Shown piece after piece: positions 38,600-52,525 of a DNA stretch of 62,005 nt (position 1 is its first letter; every line of letters starts with the position of its first letter). The stretch is taken from positions 49,786,533-49,848,537 of the forward strand of contig NC_068986.1 of NCBI RefSeq assembly GCF_001194135.2, in the 5' to 3' direction. The translations under genes were made by a program, and so were the position numbers. This stretch comes from Octopus bimaculoides. Its lineage: Eukaryota. The notes beneath the pieces are model-generated. The model was not told where the DNA came from, made no database searches, and saw only the letters and a program-made list of their open reading frames with translations.

Positions 38600-40764
38600 T
38601 CTCCTCCCTCCCTCTCTCCGTTCCTTAGTTAATCTCAATTTTCTCCAAAAGACAACTGCAAATATAAATGTGAATTTGTATTTTGTAATTGTTCTTGTTA
38701 TTGAATCTATTTTTTTTTTATATTTAAATTTATTTTCGCTTTTTTATTTAAATTCTTTTGTTTTCTTCTTTTGTTGCTTTTTATCATCATTTCCTTTACA
38801 ATTTTTATTATTTTTACTTCATTTATTTATTCATTTTTTTTTCTCTTTAAAATAATTTTTCATCTTTCCAAACAATTTTAATAATTTCAGAAATGATTAA
38901 TGAATTAAAAACTTATTTTTGTCTATTTACTAAGCTTCCTATGACAATGAGAACAAGAAATACGTTTACAGAGCTTTCTATAATAGTTGGAATGATTTTT
39001 GATGTCTGCCTCTTATCAGTTACTTTGGGAGCAGCATGGTGCCAGGTTCAAGTATAGATTACAGCTCAGAATAAATCTAACTTCAAATTACCACTTGCAA
39101 TTTATCTGATAACCTGGATCCTCCTCCTCCTCATCATCATCATTACCACCATCAACACCACCATCATTTAACGTCTACTTTTTCAGAGGGAATTTCTTGA
39201 GGTAAATTTTTCTGAGGCCAGATGCCCTTCCTGACTCCAACTCTCACCTGTTTCCAAGCAAGGTAATATTTTGCCATAGGTAGACATGTTTTTTATGGAA
39301 GACTGGAAACAAACAACCCCACTTGTATGACAGTGATACTCATTTACAACCATTACGATGTTCAGGTGATAGTACACACAAACGCGTAAACAAACACAAA
39401 CAAACAAGCCTGCATACAGACAGACAGACATACATATAGATGGATAGATCCAATTCAATCACAGGAACTGTAAAAAATCTATAAAACTTTCCAGAAGTTT
39501 ATCATTTTAGTATATATGAGCATGTCTGGATATGCAACTATATGCATGAGAATACATACATACAAACATACAGCTTTTTCTCTATTGGCAAGAAATCTTC
39601 AAATAAAACTGAATAATGACATACGTACATACATACATAATGATGATGGGCCGCTTTCAATTTCCATCTACCAAATCTACTCGCAAGGCGAGACTGAACC
39701 TAAGATCACATCGTTGGGAAGCAAGCTACTAAACCACGCAGCCATATTTGCACTTGAGCATAGACACTCAAAACTGATGTGATGTAAGCATTTCATGGAC
39801 TAAAGCAGAGTCGTAGAGCTTAAGTTTTTGAAGAGATCCTATTGTGAAAGAAAAGATAAAATAGCTCTACCCCACACATCTGAAACACAGACCAGTACCC
39901 CTCTTGCATTATACTATCAAGCACCTGTTCAATTTCAGCCCATACCTTTATGTGGTGCTTCACTAATTTGGAATAAGGCCATTCTTAAGTGGCATGTGTA
40001 ATAGTTGGAAACACAAATCAGGAGATGTCTAAGTTGTAAATCTTGAATATTGATAAAAATTATCTAATTATCTTTTATCTTTTACTTGCTTCAGTCATTA
40101 GACTGCAGCCAAGCTAGGACACCACCTTGAAGAATTTTAGTCACACTAACTGACTCCAGTGCTTTTTTTTTTTTTTTTTTTCAAGCCTGGTACCTATCTT
40201 ATAGGTCTCTTTTGCCGAACTGCTAAGTTACTGAGACATAAGCACATGAAGACTGATTGTCACGCAGCGGTGAGGGACAAACAAAGACAGGCAGACAGAC
40301 ACACACATATATATGATAGGCATTTTAAAGTTTCTGTCTACCAAATCTACTCAAAAGGTTTTGGTCAGCCCAAGGTTACAGTAGAAAACACTTGCGCAAG
40401 GTGCCATGAAACGGGACTGGATCTGGAGCCATGTGGTTGGGAAACAAACTGTCACACAGCCACACCTGTTACTATATTGATTCATTTTTCACAAAAAAGT
40501 TTTGAATACCCAAAACTGTTTATTTAGAATATATGTTGAATTTTTTGAAGAGCATCCAAAATGTGACGTATGAATTTACTGGACAATAATGCCTGTGGTC
40601 ACAATTCTCATCTACCTGATATGGCATGCATGTTGAAAATGAAGGTGACCTTTTGAAGACAAATATTTTTTATATCTTCCAATACTGATGTGGATGAGGA
40701 AATGTCACATCAAGAAGTAAATAACTCCAACCCATTCTTTGAAACAAAGAGATACAAAGCGGTG

Positions 40765-41339
40765 CAAGCATGACTACGTGGTAAGCTTGCTTCCCAGTTA
40801 CATGGTTCCAGGTTCAGCCCCAATGCACGTCACCTTGGGCAAGTATCTTCTACTATAATCTCAGACCAACCAAAGCCTTGTGAATGGATTTGGTAGACAG
40901 AAACTGAAAGAAGCCCATCGTGTATAGTCGAAAGACCATGTTTGTTTTGTTTTATTTTTGTTGTGATTGCATAATTATTTTCCTTTTTGTTGTATAGCCA
41001 AAAGGTGTTTGTCTATTGTATATGTATAATTCTATTTCATAGTATACGTATGATGCTATCACATTTGTCCGATAGTCGAAAGACCCTTTCTGTTGTTTAC
41101 TTATTTGTTTTCGCATATGTACATTCATTTGCCTTGCCTAGAGGCTTAATGCTTTTAGCTTAGATCCCTGGCCAAACCCGTTTTGAGAAGTATCGGAGAG
41201 AAGTGGGCGAAACTACGTGGACTCCAACTGAAGAGGCAATTGGCTGCAAATGATCCATGTATCTTGTTTTGTTCTGTTTGCTGTTGTCATGTTATCATCC
41301 TTTTTTCCACATCTTGTGTTTTTTTCTGTTCTACCTTTG

Positions 41340-41386
<47 letters not shown>

Positions 41387-41635
41387 ATATTTGTGTGTGT
41401 GTGTTCCTGTGTCTGTGTTCCACACCCCCGCCCTGCCCTCGGGCCATCGCTTGATAACTGATACTAGTGTGTTTATGTCTCCGTAACTTAGCGGTTCAGC
41501 AAAAGAGACCAATAGAGTAAGTACTAGGCTTACAAAGACTAAGTCCTGAGGACGATTTCTTTGGCTATAACCCTTTGAGGCAGTGCTCCAGCATGATCAC
41601 AGTCAAATGACTGAAACAAATAAGACAATGAAGAA
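40765..41635 (+). mobile_element. SINE family A interrupted by a ~425-bp insertion
   Basis: Head 40765-40920, 3' half about 41380-41635, with unrelated sequence between. Confidence 0.8.
40921..41345. mobile_element. Unclassified insertion, possible solo LTR
   Basis: Begins TG and ends CA, inside the TA tract of a SINE. Internal direct repeat TAGTCGAAAGACC at 40925 and 41073. No clean TSD. Confidence 0.4.
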
Positions 41636-42170
41636 ACAGACACCCAGATAAGATACCCTTTGAATTTAACAGAGAACCCAATAACTAACCACAGCGTTTA
41701 GACTGCAACCTTTGTATATCATTGCTGCTGTTGCTGTTGTTAATTGTGTGCACATTACACCAGTATCACAATAACTAGGAGGAAACAGATGCAATGCAAT
41801 TTGCACAGTGCACACAAGGAAGCAATTAAACAGTGCAACTGCAGAATAAACAAGATTGGTGCCACCAAAGTATTGCACATTCATTATTGCAGTTGCTTTT
41901 GCAGGCGTTCTTCCATGTTAAAAGAGTGAAGAGGGGTGGACAGAATAGCCGGAGAGAGAGGGAGAGAGAGGGAGGGAGAGAGAGAAAGAGAGGGAAAGCT
42001 GAAATTTATATTAAATTTCAAACAAAAAAAAAAAGCATTAATATTTACCATCTAATTTGTTTCAAATAATAATATAATATTCAAAAAATGTTTAATTAAT
42101 TCAAACTTTTCTTAAGTTTTCTCTCTCTCACACACACTCATATATGAATGTGTTTAAATATATATATGTT

Positions 42171-42209
<39 letters not shown>

Positions 42210-43860
42210 GCACACATACATGCAAATATGCATGCATAATATATCTATACATATGCGTACGTACATATAATAAAGTGAAATACAATAATGAAGTGAGAAC
42301 AAAACTAAATTTCTCAATATTTAAATTAATTTGCATTTTATGTATACATGTGCGTGCATGCGTCTACTTTGAGTGTCAAGTGTGACTGAATTACACACAC
42401 ACAAAGTCAACTACAAACATAACTAAATCTCTATTTTTTTTAAGATATTTATACATACATATATGTATGTAAATGTAAAATCTCTCACCCATACTAGCAT
42501 GGGAAATGAAAGTAAAAACAAATGAGCAATATGTATATATATGATTTTTGTTGTCATAAGAAAACTTAATTGCAGGATATAAAAATTTTATAAAATAGAC
42601 TTCAAGTTGATAAATGAAAACCTTAATTAAATCCAATTATGTATTATGCATGTGTGTATATATACGCCTATCCATAATTCAATTAGCCATCTAGCTTTAT
42701 ATGCATGTACGTAAACTGACCCTGTATGTATGCATATATANNNNNNNNNNNNNNNNNNNNNNNNNNNNNNNNNNNNNNNNNNNNNNTATATATATATATA
42801 TATATATCCAGACCTATGCACACATGTAAGTATTCTCAATGCAATGCATAGAGATTTGATTGTGAGAGTCACATGAACTTATAATAATTAATAGATTTTG
42901 AAACTTGTAGTTTAACAATTAATTTCCAAAAGTTTATATTTCATATTTATTTAAACATATATATTAGACAAGTGTTCATTTTTTAAGTCAATTGTATGAA
43001 AATTTGACTGTTATTTCTAGACTGAGGGTCTGCATAAAGTTTGCTTTGTTGGCTCCAACAATTCTTAGTCGGGGTTAATTTGTTTAATATCAGGTTGTCC
43101 ATGATCCAGCAGATCTCTAATCTTTAATCAAAGGCATTCTACTCATGACCATCATGTCTTTGATTTTATTTATTTATTTTTCAGACATAAGCAGAGGCAT
43201 GGCTGTGTGGATACGATGCTTTGTTTCCCAGCCATGTGGTCTTTGGTTCAGTCCCACTATGTGAAAACTAGGCCAACAAGTGTCTTCAGTTTTAGCCCTG
43301 GGCAAACAAAAACCTTGTAGGTAGATTTAGAAGACAGAAACTGAAAAAAGTCAGTCATATATATATATATTTATATATATAAAACACAGGATGTGCGTCT
43401 GTCTGTGTGTTTGTCATGTCATTAAAACCGGAAATCCATCCAACTGATTTTAATGAAATTTTTACACATGCATTATGTAGGGTTCCCGGAGTGTCATGAC
43501 CCAAAACATTTTCAACCTCTTGCCTAATGTGAACCCAGGGGCAGATAAACTGCTTTTTTAAAGCATTTTCAGAGTGTTAAGGCCTGTAACTTGAGTATCC
43601 AGTCACTTTCCTCCAGGTTTGCAACAAACATTAATCAGGCTCCTCAAATTGCTAGTAGTTTTAATGGATGTACACACATCCTTTCATTGTCTTTTCCTTT
43701 CTGTGTAAATTATGGCTGATATTTGTTGTCTAAGAACGAGTAGCAGCAACATGGAATTCAACAAAGCAGTGCTTCTGTCTTTGATTTCAAAGGAATATGA
43801 AAGTTAAGTCATTATTTTAACAATCCAGTGGTAGGGGACAAACACAGACAAAAAGATACA

Positions 43861-43897
<37 letters not shown>

Positions 43898-43899
<2 letters not shown>

Positions 43900-44240
43900 A
43901 GTAAAAATGGTAAAGACCCCTTTGGTCATAATCACCATGAGATTGCACCTAAAAAGTTCCCCTCCAAGGAACAAGTCGGGGTAAGGTTTTTTATGGAAGA
44001 CCAGTAGTTGCCCATGCATACCAGCTTCTTCTCTCCAAATCACTGATGTTATCCAAGGAAGAGGCCAATGCAGCTTGGCACCAGTGATGTCGCAACTCGT
44101 TTCTACAGCTAAGTGAGCTAAAGTAGCATGAAATAAAGTGTCTTGTTCAAGAACACACTACACAGCCTGGTCCAGGGATTGAACTCACTACCTCATGATT
44201 GTGAACCCAACACTCAAACCACTGAACCATGTACCTTCAC
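43898..44240 (-). mobile_element. tRNA-type SINE family E, full length
   Basis: Reverse complement matches the plus copies at 9040-9275 and 58180-58445. The same head type occurs at 17240-17430 and 1345-1510 with a different tail. Confidence 0.8.
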
Positions 44241-44874
44241 ACTATATATACATATAATTTTGCACTATGCGTGTGCACACTATATATATAGAAATATATA
44301 TATATATATATACAGTGGGCTTCTTTCAGTTTCTGTCTACCAAATCCACACACAAGGCTTTGGTCCAACAGCATAATAGAAGGCATTTGCCCAAAGTGCC
44401 ATCCAGTGGGACTGATCCTGGAACTATGTGGTTGGCAAGTAAGCTTCTTACCATACAGCCACGCCTGACAGCGTAGGAAAACAAAAACAAGGGCACTGCA
44501 CTTCTTGCTAAATAAGAAATAAAAAACAAAACCCCACCAAAAGACCACCTCCTTGTCAGATAAATAAGCTTAGAGATGGTGATGATGGTTGAAGTGATGA
44601 TGGAGGAGACAATGGTGATGGTGGGGGTGGCGATAAGAGTAGGAGTAACTGAGGAGAAAGGGATGGTGTTGGTGATGATGATGATTAAATTACTGTGAAA
44701 AGATATGTATAATGAAAGTGGAGACATTTTTCATTTTACATGCCAACAAGTGATAAAAAGCAAACATTTTTGGAATTTATGAACTAAAAAAAGTATTATA
44801 CTTCCTAAGATATCAATGTCCTGATGGTGATGGTGATACTACTGGTGGTGATGATGATAATGATGGTGGTGGTG

Positions 44875-44917
<43 letters not shown>

Positions 44918-45351
44918 GAGGAGGAGGAGNNNNNNNNNNTAGTAGTAGTAGTAGTAGTAGGAGGAGGAGGAGGAGGAGGATCATTTAAGGTCTGTCTTCC
45001 ATGCTGGCATGGGTTTCATGGTTTGACAGGAACTAGCAAACCAGAAGACTGCATAAGGATTCACTGTCTGTTTTGGCGTGCTTTTTTACAACTGGATGCC
45101 CTTCCTAATGACAACCAACTCGAAAACAATAATAATCCCTTCTAATATGGTTACAAGGTGTAAGCTGTTGAGGGAGAGAGACAGTCAATTACACCGATCA
45201 CACAACTTGACTAGTACTTATTTCATCGGCCCTGTAAGGGGGAAACGCAAGGTTTGCACTGACAGAATTTAAACTCAGATTGTAAAGCGAGAAAAAATGG
45301 CATTCTGCATTTTTGTGTCCTGCATGCTAATGATTCACCACCTTCAGGAGG

Positions 45352-45763
45352 AACAAACAAGAGTGCCTAATAATTGAAGTGGCAGTGCCAGAAGATCAAC
45401 ATATCATGAAAGAAAGAGAAAAGATTGATAAATATGGAAACCTGAGAATTGAGATCACTAAGATGAGGCAGTTACGAGAGTCAAACATAAAGGTTATCCC
45501 TATTGTCATCGGGGCATTGGGTTCAATACCACCCAATCTGAAAAAAAAACATCTGAAAGCTTTAAAAATACCCTACAATCAAGGTGTATTGCAAAAGTCA
45601 GCATTACTTGGGACTGCACAAATATTGTGTAAAGTACTGTCTGTCTGAGATCCTAGTTGTGACTTGACAAACAGTATAAAACCCCAGTAGACACAATATC
45701 TTCAATCAACAACATCACGATATTGTATACTCTGCAACATGTATAATAATAATAATAATAATA

Positions 45764-45800
<37 letters not shown>
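45352..45800 (+). mobile_element. R4/Dong-like (restriction-like endonuclease) LINE 3' end
   Basis: CLIIEVAVPEDQHIMKEREKIDKYGNLRIEI...KVIPIVIGALGSI...LQKSALLGTAQILCKVLSV* (stop at 45648), an RLE-domain C-terminus. Followed by 3' UTR and (AAT)n. Confidence 0.85.
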
Positions 45801-45802
<2 letters not shown>

Positions 45803-46184
45803 CCTTTCTACTAAAGGCACAAGGCCCGAAATATTGGGGGAAGAATTAAATCGATTACATTGACCCCAGCACTCAAACTGGTACTTAATTTATCAACCCT
45901 GAAAGGATGAAAGGCAAAGTCGACTTTGATGAGATTTGAACTCAGAGCATAAAGACAGACGAAATGCCACTGAGCATTTCATTTTACGTGATAATGATAT
46001 TGTCAGCTTGCTGCTGTTTTTTGTTACCATATTTCTGTTGGAATACACTGCCTTTGCTTCAATGAAATTTTGAAGGAGGGGTTTAATTTAGATCACTTTA
46101 AACATGAAGTTTGTGTCATACAACCAGAGACAATCTTGGGCAGATTGGTATCAAAAGGGTTGTGATAGCACATGTACCAGTAGA

Positions 46185-46632
46185 TGACTAAGAGCACCGT
46201 CCAAGTGTGATCGTTGCCAGAGCACCAGCTGTCTGGCTTCCGTGCCGGTGGCACGTAAATAGCACCGTTTGAGCATGATCGTTACCAACGCCACCCTCCT
46301 GGCACTTATGCCAGTGGCACATGAAAAGACATTCGAGCGAGTTCGTTGCCAGTACCGCTGGACTGGCTCCTGTGGAGGTGTCACGTAAAATACACCTTTT
46401 CGAGCATGGCCGTAGCCAGTACTTCTTGACTGGCCTTCGTGCCGGTGGCACGTAAAAGCACCCACTACACTCTCGGAGTGGTTGGCGTTAGGAAGGGCAT
46501 CCAGCTGTAGAAACTCTGCCAAATCAGATTGGAGCCTGGTGTAGCCATCTGGTTTCACCAGTCCTCAGTCAAATCGTCCAACCTATGCTAGCATGGAAAG
46601 CAGACATTAAACGATAATGATGATGATGATGA
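46185..46632 (+). mobile_element. Family C repeat (RTE 3' UTR-like) with internal tandem units and (GAT)n tail
   Basis: Repeated GTGCCGGTGGCACGTAAA-type units, then the constant GGCGTTAGGAAGGGCATCCAGCTGTAGAAAC...ACATTAAACGAT(GAT)n. A short copy lies at 34815-35030. Confidence 0.85.
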
Positions 46633-47640
46633 ATAAATTTTTCTAATTGTAGCATAATGCCAGCAATTTTGAGAAGAAAGGAAGTCAATTACAGCATCCC
46701 TAATGCTCAAATGGTACGTAGTTCATGAACACCAGAAGGATGAAAGGTATTTGAACTTAGAAAATAGACATATAAGAAGAGCTGGCTAAGCATTTTGCCC
46801 ATTCTTTCCGTTTACTGCTTTAACAATAAGCCTAATAATTTTTTCTTTCTCCTACAAGCACAAACCCTGAAATTTGGAGTGAGGAGGGGGATAGTCAGTT
46901 ATATCAACCCCTAGATCTTAACTGGTACTTATTTTAATGATCCAGAAAGAATGACAGGCAAAGCTGAGCTCAGTAGAATTTTGAACTCAGATAGCAAAGT
47001 CAGAAATCAGTTTCTAGTTTAAGCACAAGGCCAGCAATCTTTTGTCGTGAGGAGCATTAGTTGGTATAAACTGACCTCAGCACTAGTACTTTATTTTCAT
47101 CAACCCTAAAAGGATGAAGGGCAAAGTTGACCTTAGCAGGAACTCAGTGAGTGAACAGCAGGAACAAATCCGAGAAGGCATTTTTTTCCTAAAGCTCTGA
47201 CAATGTTGCCAGTGTGATTTAGCACAAGGTCGCAGTGTTAGGTGAAGGAGATGTAGTTTAATTTGATCAACCTTGTTACAAGATAGGTGCTTATTTAATT
47301 GGAGCTGAAAGAATACTAAATAAAAAAAAATTAACTTTGACAGAATTTGAAATTAGTATGCAGAAGGATGTAACTAAACACTGCAATGCATTCATCTAGT
47401 TCAGTATCCCACTGTGCAATCCTACATTCTATTACATTTTATCATCATCATCATCATTTTCCTAAGGGTGAGGTAGTACTCTATAGCTGTATTCTCCTCC
47501 TGTTGTCAATAAGTACAGGATTTGTGTCCAGGTAAGGTATTATTCCCCAGGTCTTTCATATGATGAACCACACAATGACAGGACATGTGTTTAAGGCAGG
47601 CAAAAATGATACTGACAAAGTGGTGACATTGTTTTGTTCT

Positions 47641-47839
47641 TTAACTCTTTAGCATTCAGATAACACTGTCAAATGTTATGCTTATTTATTCATGTTGTTT
47701 TGAGATTTTGATGATGTGATTGTATATTTTTAGAATGCCATTGTAGGATAGGTGTGAGAGGTCAGGTCTGGCCAGTTTGAACGTAAAACTGATAGAGTAT
47801 TTGGGCCAGACATAGCCTCTTTGAATACTAAAGGGTAAG
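47641..47839. mobile_element. piggyBac-type MITE (family P2) copy
   Basis: TTAACTCTTTTAGCATTCA...TGAATACTAAAGGGTAA; the interior matches 1533-1745. Confidence 0.75.
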
Positions 47840-48499
47840 CCATGTCAAGACACAGATAAGAAGATGGAACAAACACACATGCAAACATTCACACACACAC
47901 ATATACATACAAACAAACATATATACATGACTGCTTCTGTCTACCAATTTCGATCACTAGGCATTGGTCAACTTGAGAAAACACTTTCTCATGATACGAT
48001 ACAGTGAAAATGAACCCCAAACCATGTCATGGAGTCAACTTGACCATTTACCCATGTCTGCATTTATACGTAAACAAGCAGTTCCATCCTAAAAGCAGAA
48101 ACTGCAAATTTCTTAGCTTCAACAGCTGATGAAAGAAAAATTCTCTGGTTGTTCCTTGTGTGTATGTTTTCTTGTTTTGTAGTATTTTCACTTGACTACA
48201 TAGTCACACACACACACACACACAGCTCTGCTTCCTTCCCCACCTGTAGTGATGTTACTCTGTTACATCAATGTTGCTTTCTTTTCCCTCTCTTATCTGT
48301 TTTTCCCTAATCCTGCAGCCTTGTTTCTTCCTTCACCTCTCTCTCTCTCTTTCTCTCCCACCACCTTTCTATCTACTTTCTCTCGCAGTGTGCTCCAATA
48401 TCCATTCTAATATTTTTTTTCCCCTGCTACCTGCCTAGTGATAACATATGTTCTCCCGTCATATATATGTGTGTGTGTGTGTGTATATATATATACATA

Positions 48500-48534
<35 letters not shown>

Positions 48535-48536
<2 letters not shown>

Positions 48537-48795
48537 TCTTTACTCTTTTACTTGTTTTAGTCGAGCAAATCGACCTCAGGACTTATTCTTTGTAAGCCTA
48601 GTACTTATTTTATCTGTCTCTTTTTGCCAAAGCGCTAAGTTACGGGGACGTAAACACACCAGCATCGGTTGTCAATGGTGGGGGGACAAACNNNNNNNNN
48701 NCTCTTTTTGCCAAAGCGCTAAGTTACGGGGACGTAAACACACCAGCATCGGTTGTCAATGGTGGGGGGACAAACACAGACACATAAACACATAC

Positions 48796-48844
<49 letters not shown>

Positions 48845-49543
48845 ACAGGCTTCTTTCAGTTTTTGTCTCCCAAATCCACTCACAAGGCTTTGGTCGGCCC
48901 GAGGCTATAGTAGAAGACACATTTCCTCTTATTTTACAATTTTAAACAGCATATTTTATGGTCTTTATGACAGATTACAGGCAATTGTAGATGCAACGTG
49001 GCACAATTTTCGGTGCAGCTTCTTTGGGAAATTACCCATTAGAGGAATTTACAGAGTGACTGGCAATTAATAGTAGTCATAGACATTAAATGCACATCAA
49101 TATGGTTAGCTGTAATTGGAACTTAACTGAGAGCCACCATGGTATCCGCCCAGATAATGTATTCCTCCAAACTCGCATTTTTATATTTTTGGGCCTCTTT
49201 TGCCAAACTACTAAGTTACGAGGACGTAAACACACCAATATTGGTTGTCAAGTGATGGCGGGGGGAGGGGGACAAACACAGACACACACATACATAAATA
49301 TATAGATATATATATAGATATATACACACACACACATATATATATAGATATATACACACACACACATATATATATATATATGATAGGCTTCTTTCAGTTT
49401 CCGCATACAAAATCCACTCACAAAGCTTTGGGTAGCCTGAGGCTATAGTAGAAGACACTTGCCCAAGGTGCCACACAATGGCGACTAAACCCAGAACCAT
49501 GTGGTTGGGAAGCAAGCTTCTTACCACACAGCCACACCTGTGC
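48535..49543 (-). mobile_element. Two minus-strand SINE family A copies
   Basis: 48535-48920 and 49195-49543. The ~70-bp duplication across the 10-N gap at 48692 is probably an assembly overlap. Confidence 0.8.
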
Positions 49544-50680
49544 NNNNNNNNNNNNNNNNNNNNNNNNNNNNNNNNNNNNNNNNNNNNNNNNNNNNNNNNN
49601 NNNNNNNNNNNNNNNNNNNNNNNNNNNNNNNNNNNNNNNNNNNNNNNNNNNNNNNNNNNNNNNNNNNNNNNNNNNNNNNNNNNNNNNNNNNNNNNNNNNN
49701 NNNNNNNNNNNNNNNNNNNNNNNNNNNNNNNNNNNNNNNNNNNNNNNNNNNNNNNNNNNNNNNNNNNNNNNNNNNNNNNNNNNNNNNNNNNNNNNNNNNN
49801 NNNNNNNNNNNNNNNNNNNNNNNNNNNNNNNNNNNNNNNNNNNNNNNNNNNNNNNNNNNNNNNNNNNNNNNNNNNNNNNNNNNNNNNNNNNNNNNNNNNN
49901 NNNNNNNNNNNNNNNNNNNNNNNNNNNNNNNNNNNNNNNNNNNNNNNNNNNNNNNNNNNNNNNNNNNNNNNNNNNNNNNNNNNNNNNNNNNNNNNNNNNN
50001 NNNNNNNNNNNNNNNNNNNNNNNNNNNNNNNNNNNNNNNNNNNNNNNNNNNNNNNNNNNNNNNNNNNNNNNNNNNNNNNNNNNNNNNNNNNNNNNNNNNN
50101 NNNNNNNNNNNNNNNNNNNNNNNNNNNNNNNNNNNNNNNNNNNNNNNNNNNNNNNNNNNNNNNNNNNNNNNNNNNNNNNNNNNNNNNNNNNNNNNNNNNN
50201 NNNNNNNNNNNNNNNNNNNNNNNNNNNNNNNNNNNNNNNNNNNNNNNNNNNNNNNNNNNNNNNNNNNNNNNNNNNNNNNNNNNNNNNNNNNNNNNNNNNN
50301 NNNNNNNNNNNNNNNNNNNNNNNNNNNNNNNNNNNNNNNNNNNNNNNNNNNNNNNNNNNNNNNNNNNNNNNNNNNNNNNNNNNNNNNNNNNNNNNNNNNN
50401 NNNNNNNNNNNNNNNNNNNNNNNNNNNNNNNNNNNNNNNNNNNNNNNNTATGTGTCTCGACCATACGTGTACTGATGAACAAAAGATGCAGCTTACTTCA
50501 CAGTTTTGCTGTATTGATTGAGAAACCAGTGGTTTGCCGTTAAGTTAAATGTTTTTAAGAGATTAATTTTGAAAGCTGCATTTCCTCGCTTTCGGTAAAT
50601 ATGTTGCTTATTTGTTGGTAGTTTTTGACTTATTTAGTCCCTCTAAGCGTGAGGCATTGCTATATAGTTAATGCCCTTAT

Positions 50681-50727
<47 letters not shown>

Positions 50728-51549
50728 GCTCACACATACACACACACTGACCTGTACTCATATAGTGTACAGTGGTCATCCGTATTACAGAAGAACAACA
50801 CCATTATAAAGCCACTGGTTGTATAGAACTACGCATTAAGGGACTAATGTCTAAGGTGTTCAAATTTTCCTTTTCTTTTCCCATGTTGGAAACACATCCT
50901 TGCTTTGTTTCGCTTTACATTTCAGGGATTGTCAGATATATTCTTTATTCTCTCTCTTTTTTGTACCTCCAACCCATTAAGGATTTAACCTTATTGTGAT
51001 TCTTTATGTTTTTGCTGTCCTTGTTGCTCTAAGTTTAACTATTTATCACACTCTCATCTAGTTTGTCATGCCTCTACTGTCATCTCTGTCCCACCATAAA
51101 ATATTTAACTCTATTTCTTCAGCTCTTCTTTATCTTGTCTTCACCAGATAAATCCTAATCAACCGTAGCCGTGATTGGTGGGCAAGAATTTCATGTAAGC
51201 TGTACAATCTTAAATACCAACTCTACAATCTCCTTAGTCTTCATAACTGATGGAAGGAAAAACTCTCTGGTTACTCAGTTTGTAGGTATTAAGTATTTTC
51301 TCATCATCTTACACTATAACACAACCTTCACAACATATACGCGACACCAGGAGTTCCTGACCACTGGGCTATGGAACTGGGCCACACAGGGAGAATAAAT
51401 TTTTTAATCTTATTTTCATCTTATTCACAGTCACAGTCTGCAGAGTGTTTTTGCATTATTATTATTATTATTATTAATATAAAAAGAATTGAGGTAACTC
51501 CTCCTGAAGATATAGTCAAAATTAAAAGAAGAGTGCCATTGTTATCTAG

Positions 51550-51590
51550 TGAACAATATTTCGACATCTCGTATGTCTTCAACTGATTCA
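51550..51590 (-). ncRNA. Second hammerhead-like motif with the same GTTGAA variant core, probably decayed
   Basis: Minus strand: TGAAT-CAGTTGAA-GACAT acgag ATGTC-GAA-ATAT-T-GTTCA. Stem I TGAAT/GTTCA has one G-U pair, stem II is a perfect 5 bp, and stem III is the palindrome ATAT. Two core substitutions. Confidence 0.4.
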
Positions 51591-52254
51591 AAAAATAAAT
51601 TTGATAAAATAAGTGCCAGTTCAGCACTGGATTTGATGTAATTCCTTGAAAATTACTGGCCTTGTGCCAAAATTTGAAATTATTATTATTTCTACCTGCA
51701 AAACATGTTTTATACCAGTGCTTCTCAAAGTGGGTAATATTATCCCCCATGGAGGGAGGCACTGGAAAATTTTATATATAGGTATTGGGAACAAAGAGAG
51801 CAGGGGGGGGGTGATAGATTCTTAGGTACATTTGTTTCTAGTTTTTGTCACTTATTTAAATATCAATTTTAAGATATGTAAATGTGATATTTGAGAATTT
51901 TCTTAAACTGTTTCTTAGCAACATCACAACAGGATCAACAATAATATGAGACCTTGAAATGTAAATAAGTAAATGAATAAAACCAAATATGCATACCACA
52001 ATGCATGTTAATTGTGAACAATAAACAAACATATAATTTACAGGACCATGTCAAAATTTATGGGTATTTTCATACATGTAATAAAAGCAAACACTACACC
52101 TGCAGCATTAGGTGTATCCTTATTTGTTTGTCATTACATATTTGCAGATGTACATTTGGTGTATTTAATTTTGCTAAATCATAGCATAGGGGTATTGACA
52201 AAGTTTCTGTAGAAGAAAGGCTGTAGTTACAACCACATAGTACATATTCTAGAC

Positions 52255-52525
52255 CAGGGGTTTTCAAACTGTGGTCCGCGGACCACAGGGGGTCCGCAAG
52301 GACAAGACAACAAATACTTTTTATGGGCAATTTGTTTTTATATATGTTTTTTAATCGAAATCTTTTAATTGACAATAAACCTATTTGTTAAATACTGTTA
52401 AATAAATAAATGTAAAAATATATGTTATTTTAAGCAAATGTTTGTGTGTAAATTTCATAAGCGTTTATAAGGGTAAAGCCTGAAATATAAAGGGGTCCGC
52501 AAGTCAAAAAGTTTGAAAACCCCTG
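52255..52525. mobile_element. hAT (Charlie/Buster-like) MITE, complete
   Basis: Perfect 16-bp TIRs CAGGGGTTTTCAAACT / AGTTTGAAAACCCCTG. Perfect 8-bp TSD TTCTAGAC at 52247-52254 and 52526-52533. Confidence 0.92.

Noticed and set aside
40570-40665. Pogo transposase remnant (LLDNNACGH...) and Tc1-like RLQAIVDA at about 48980
   Set aside because: The similarity is too short to call without a profile search.
41200-41255. Permuted hammerhead (CGAAACTACGTG...CTGAAGAGG)
   Set aside because: Stems I and II do not pair, and the cleavage triplet would be GUG.
48610-48780. Tandem duplication of about 70 bp
   Set aside because: Identical copies on either side of a 10-N gap; most likely unmerged contig overlap.
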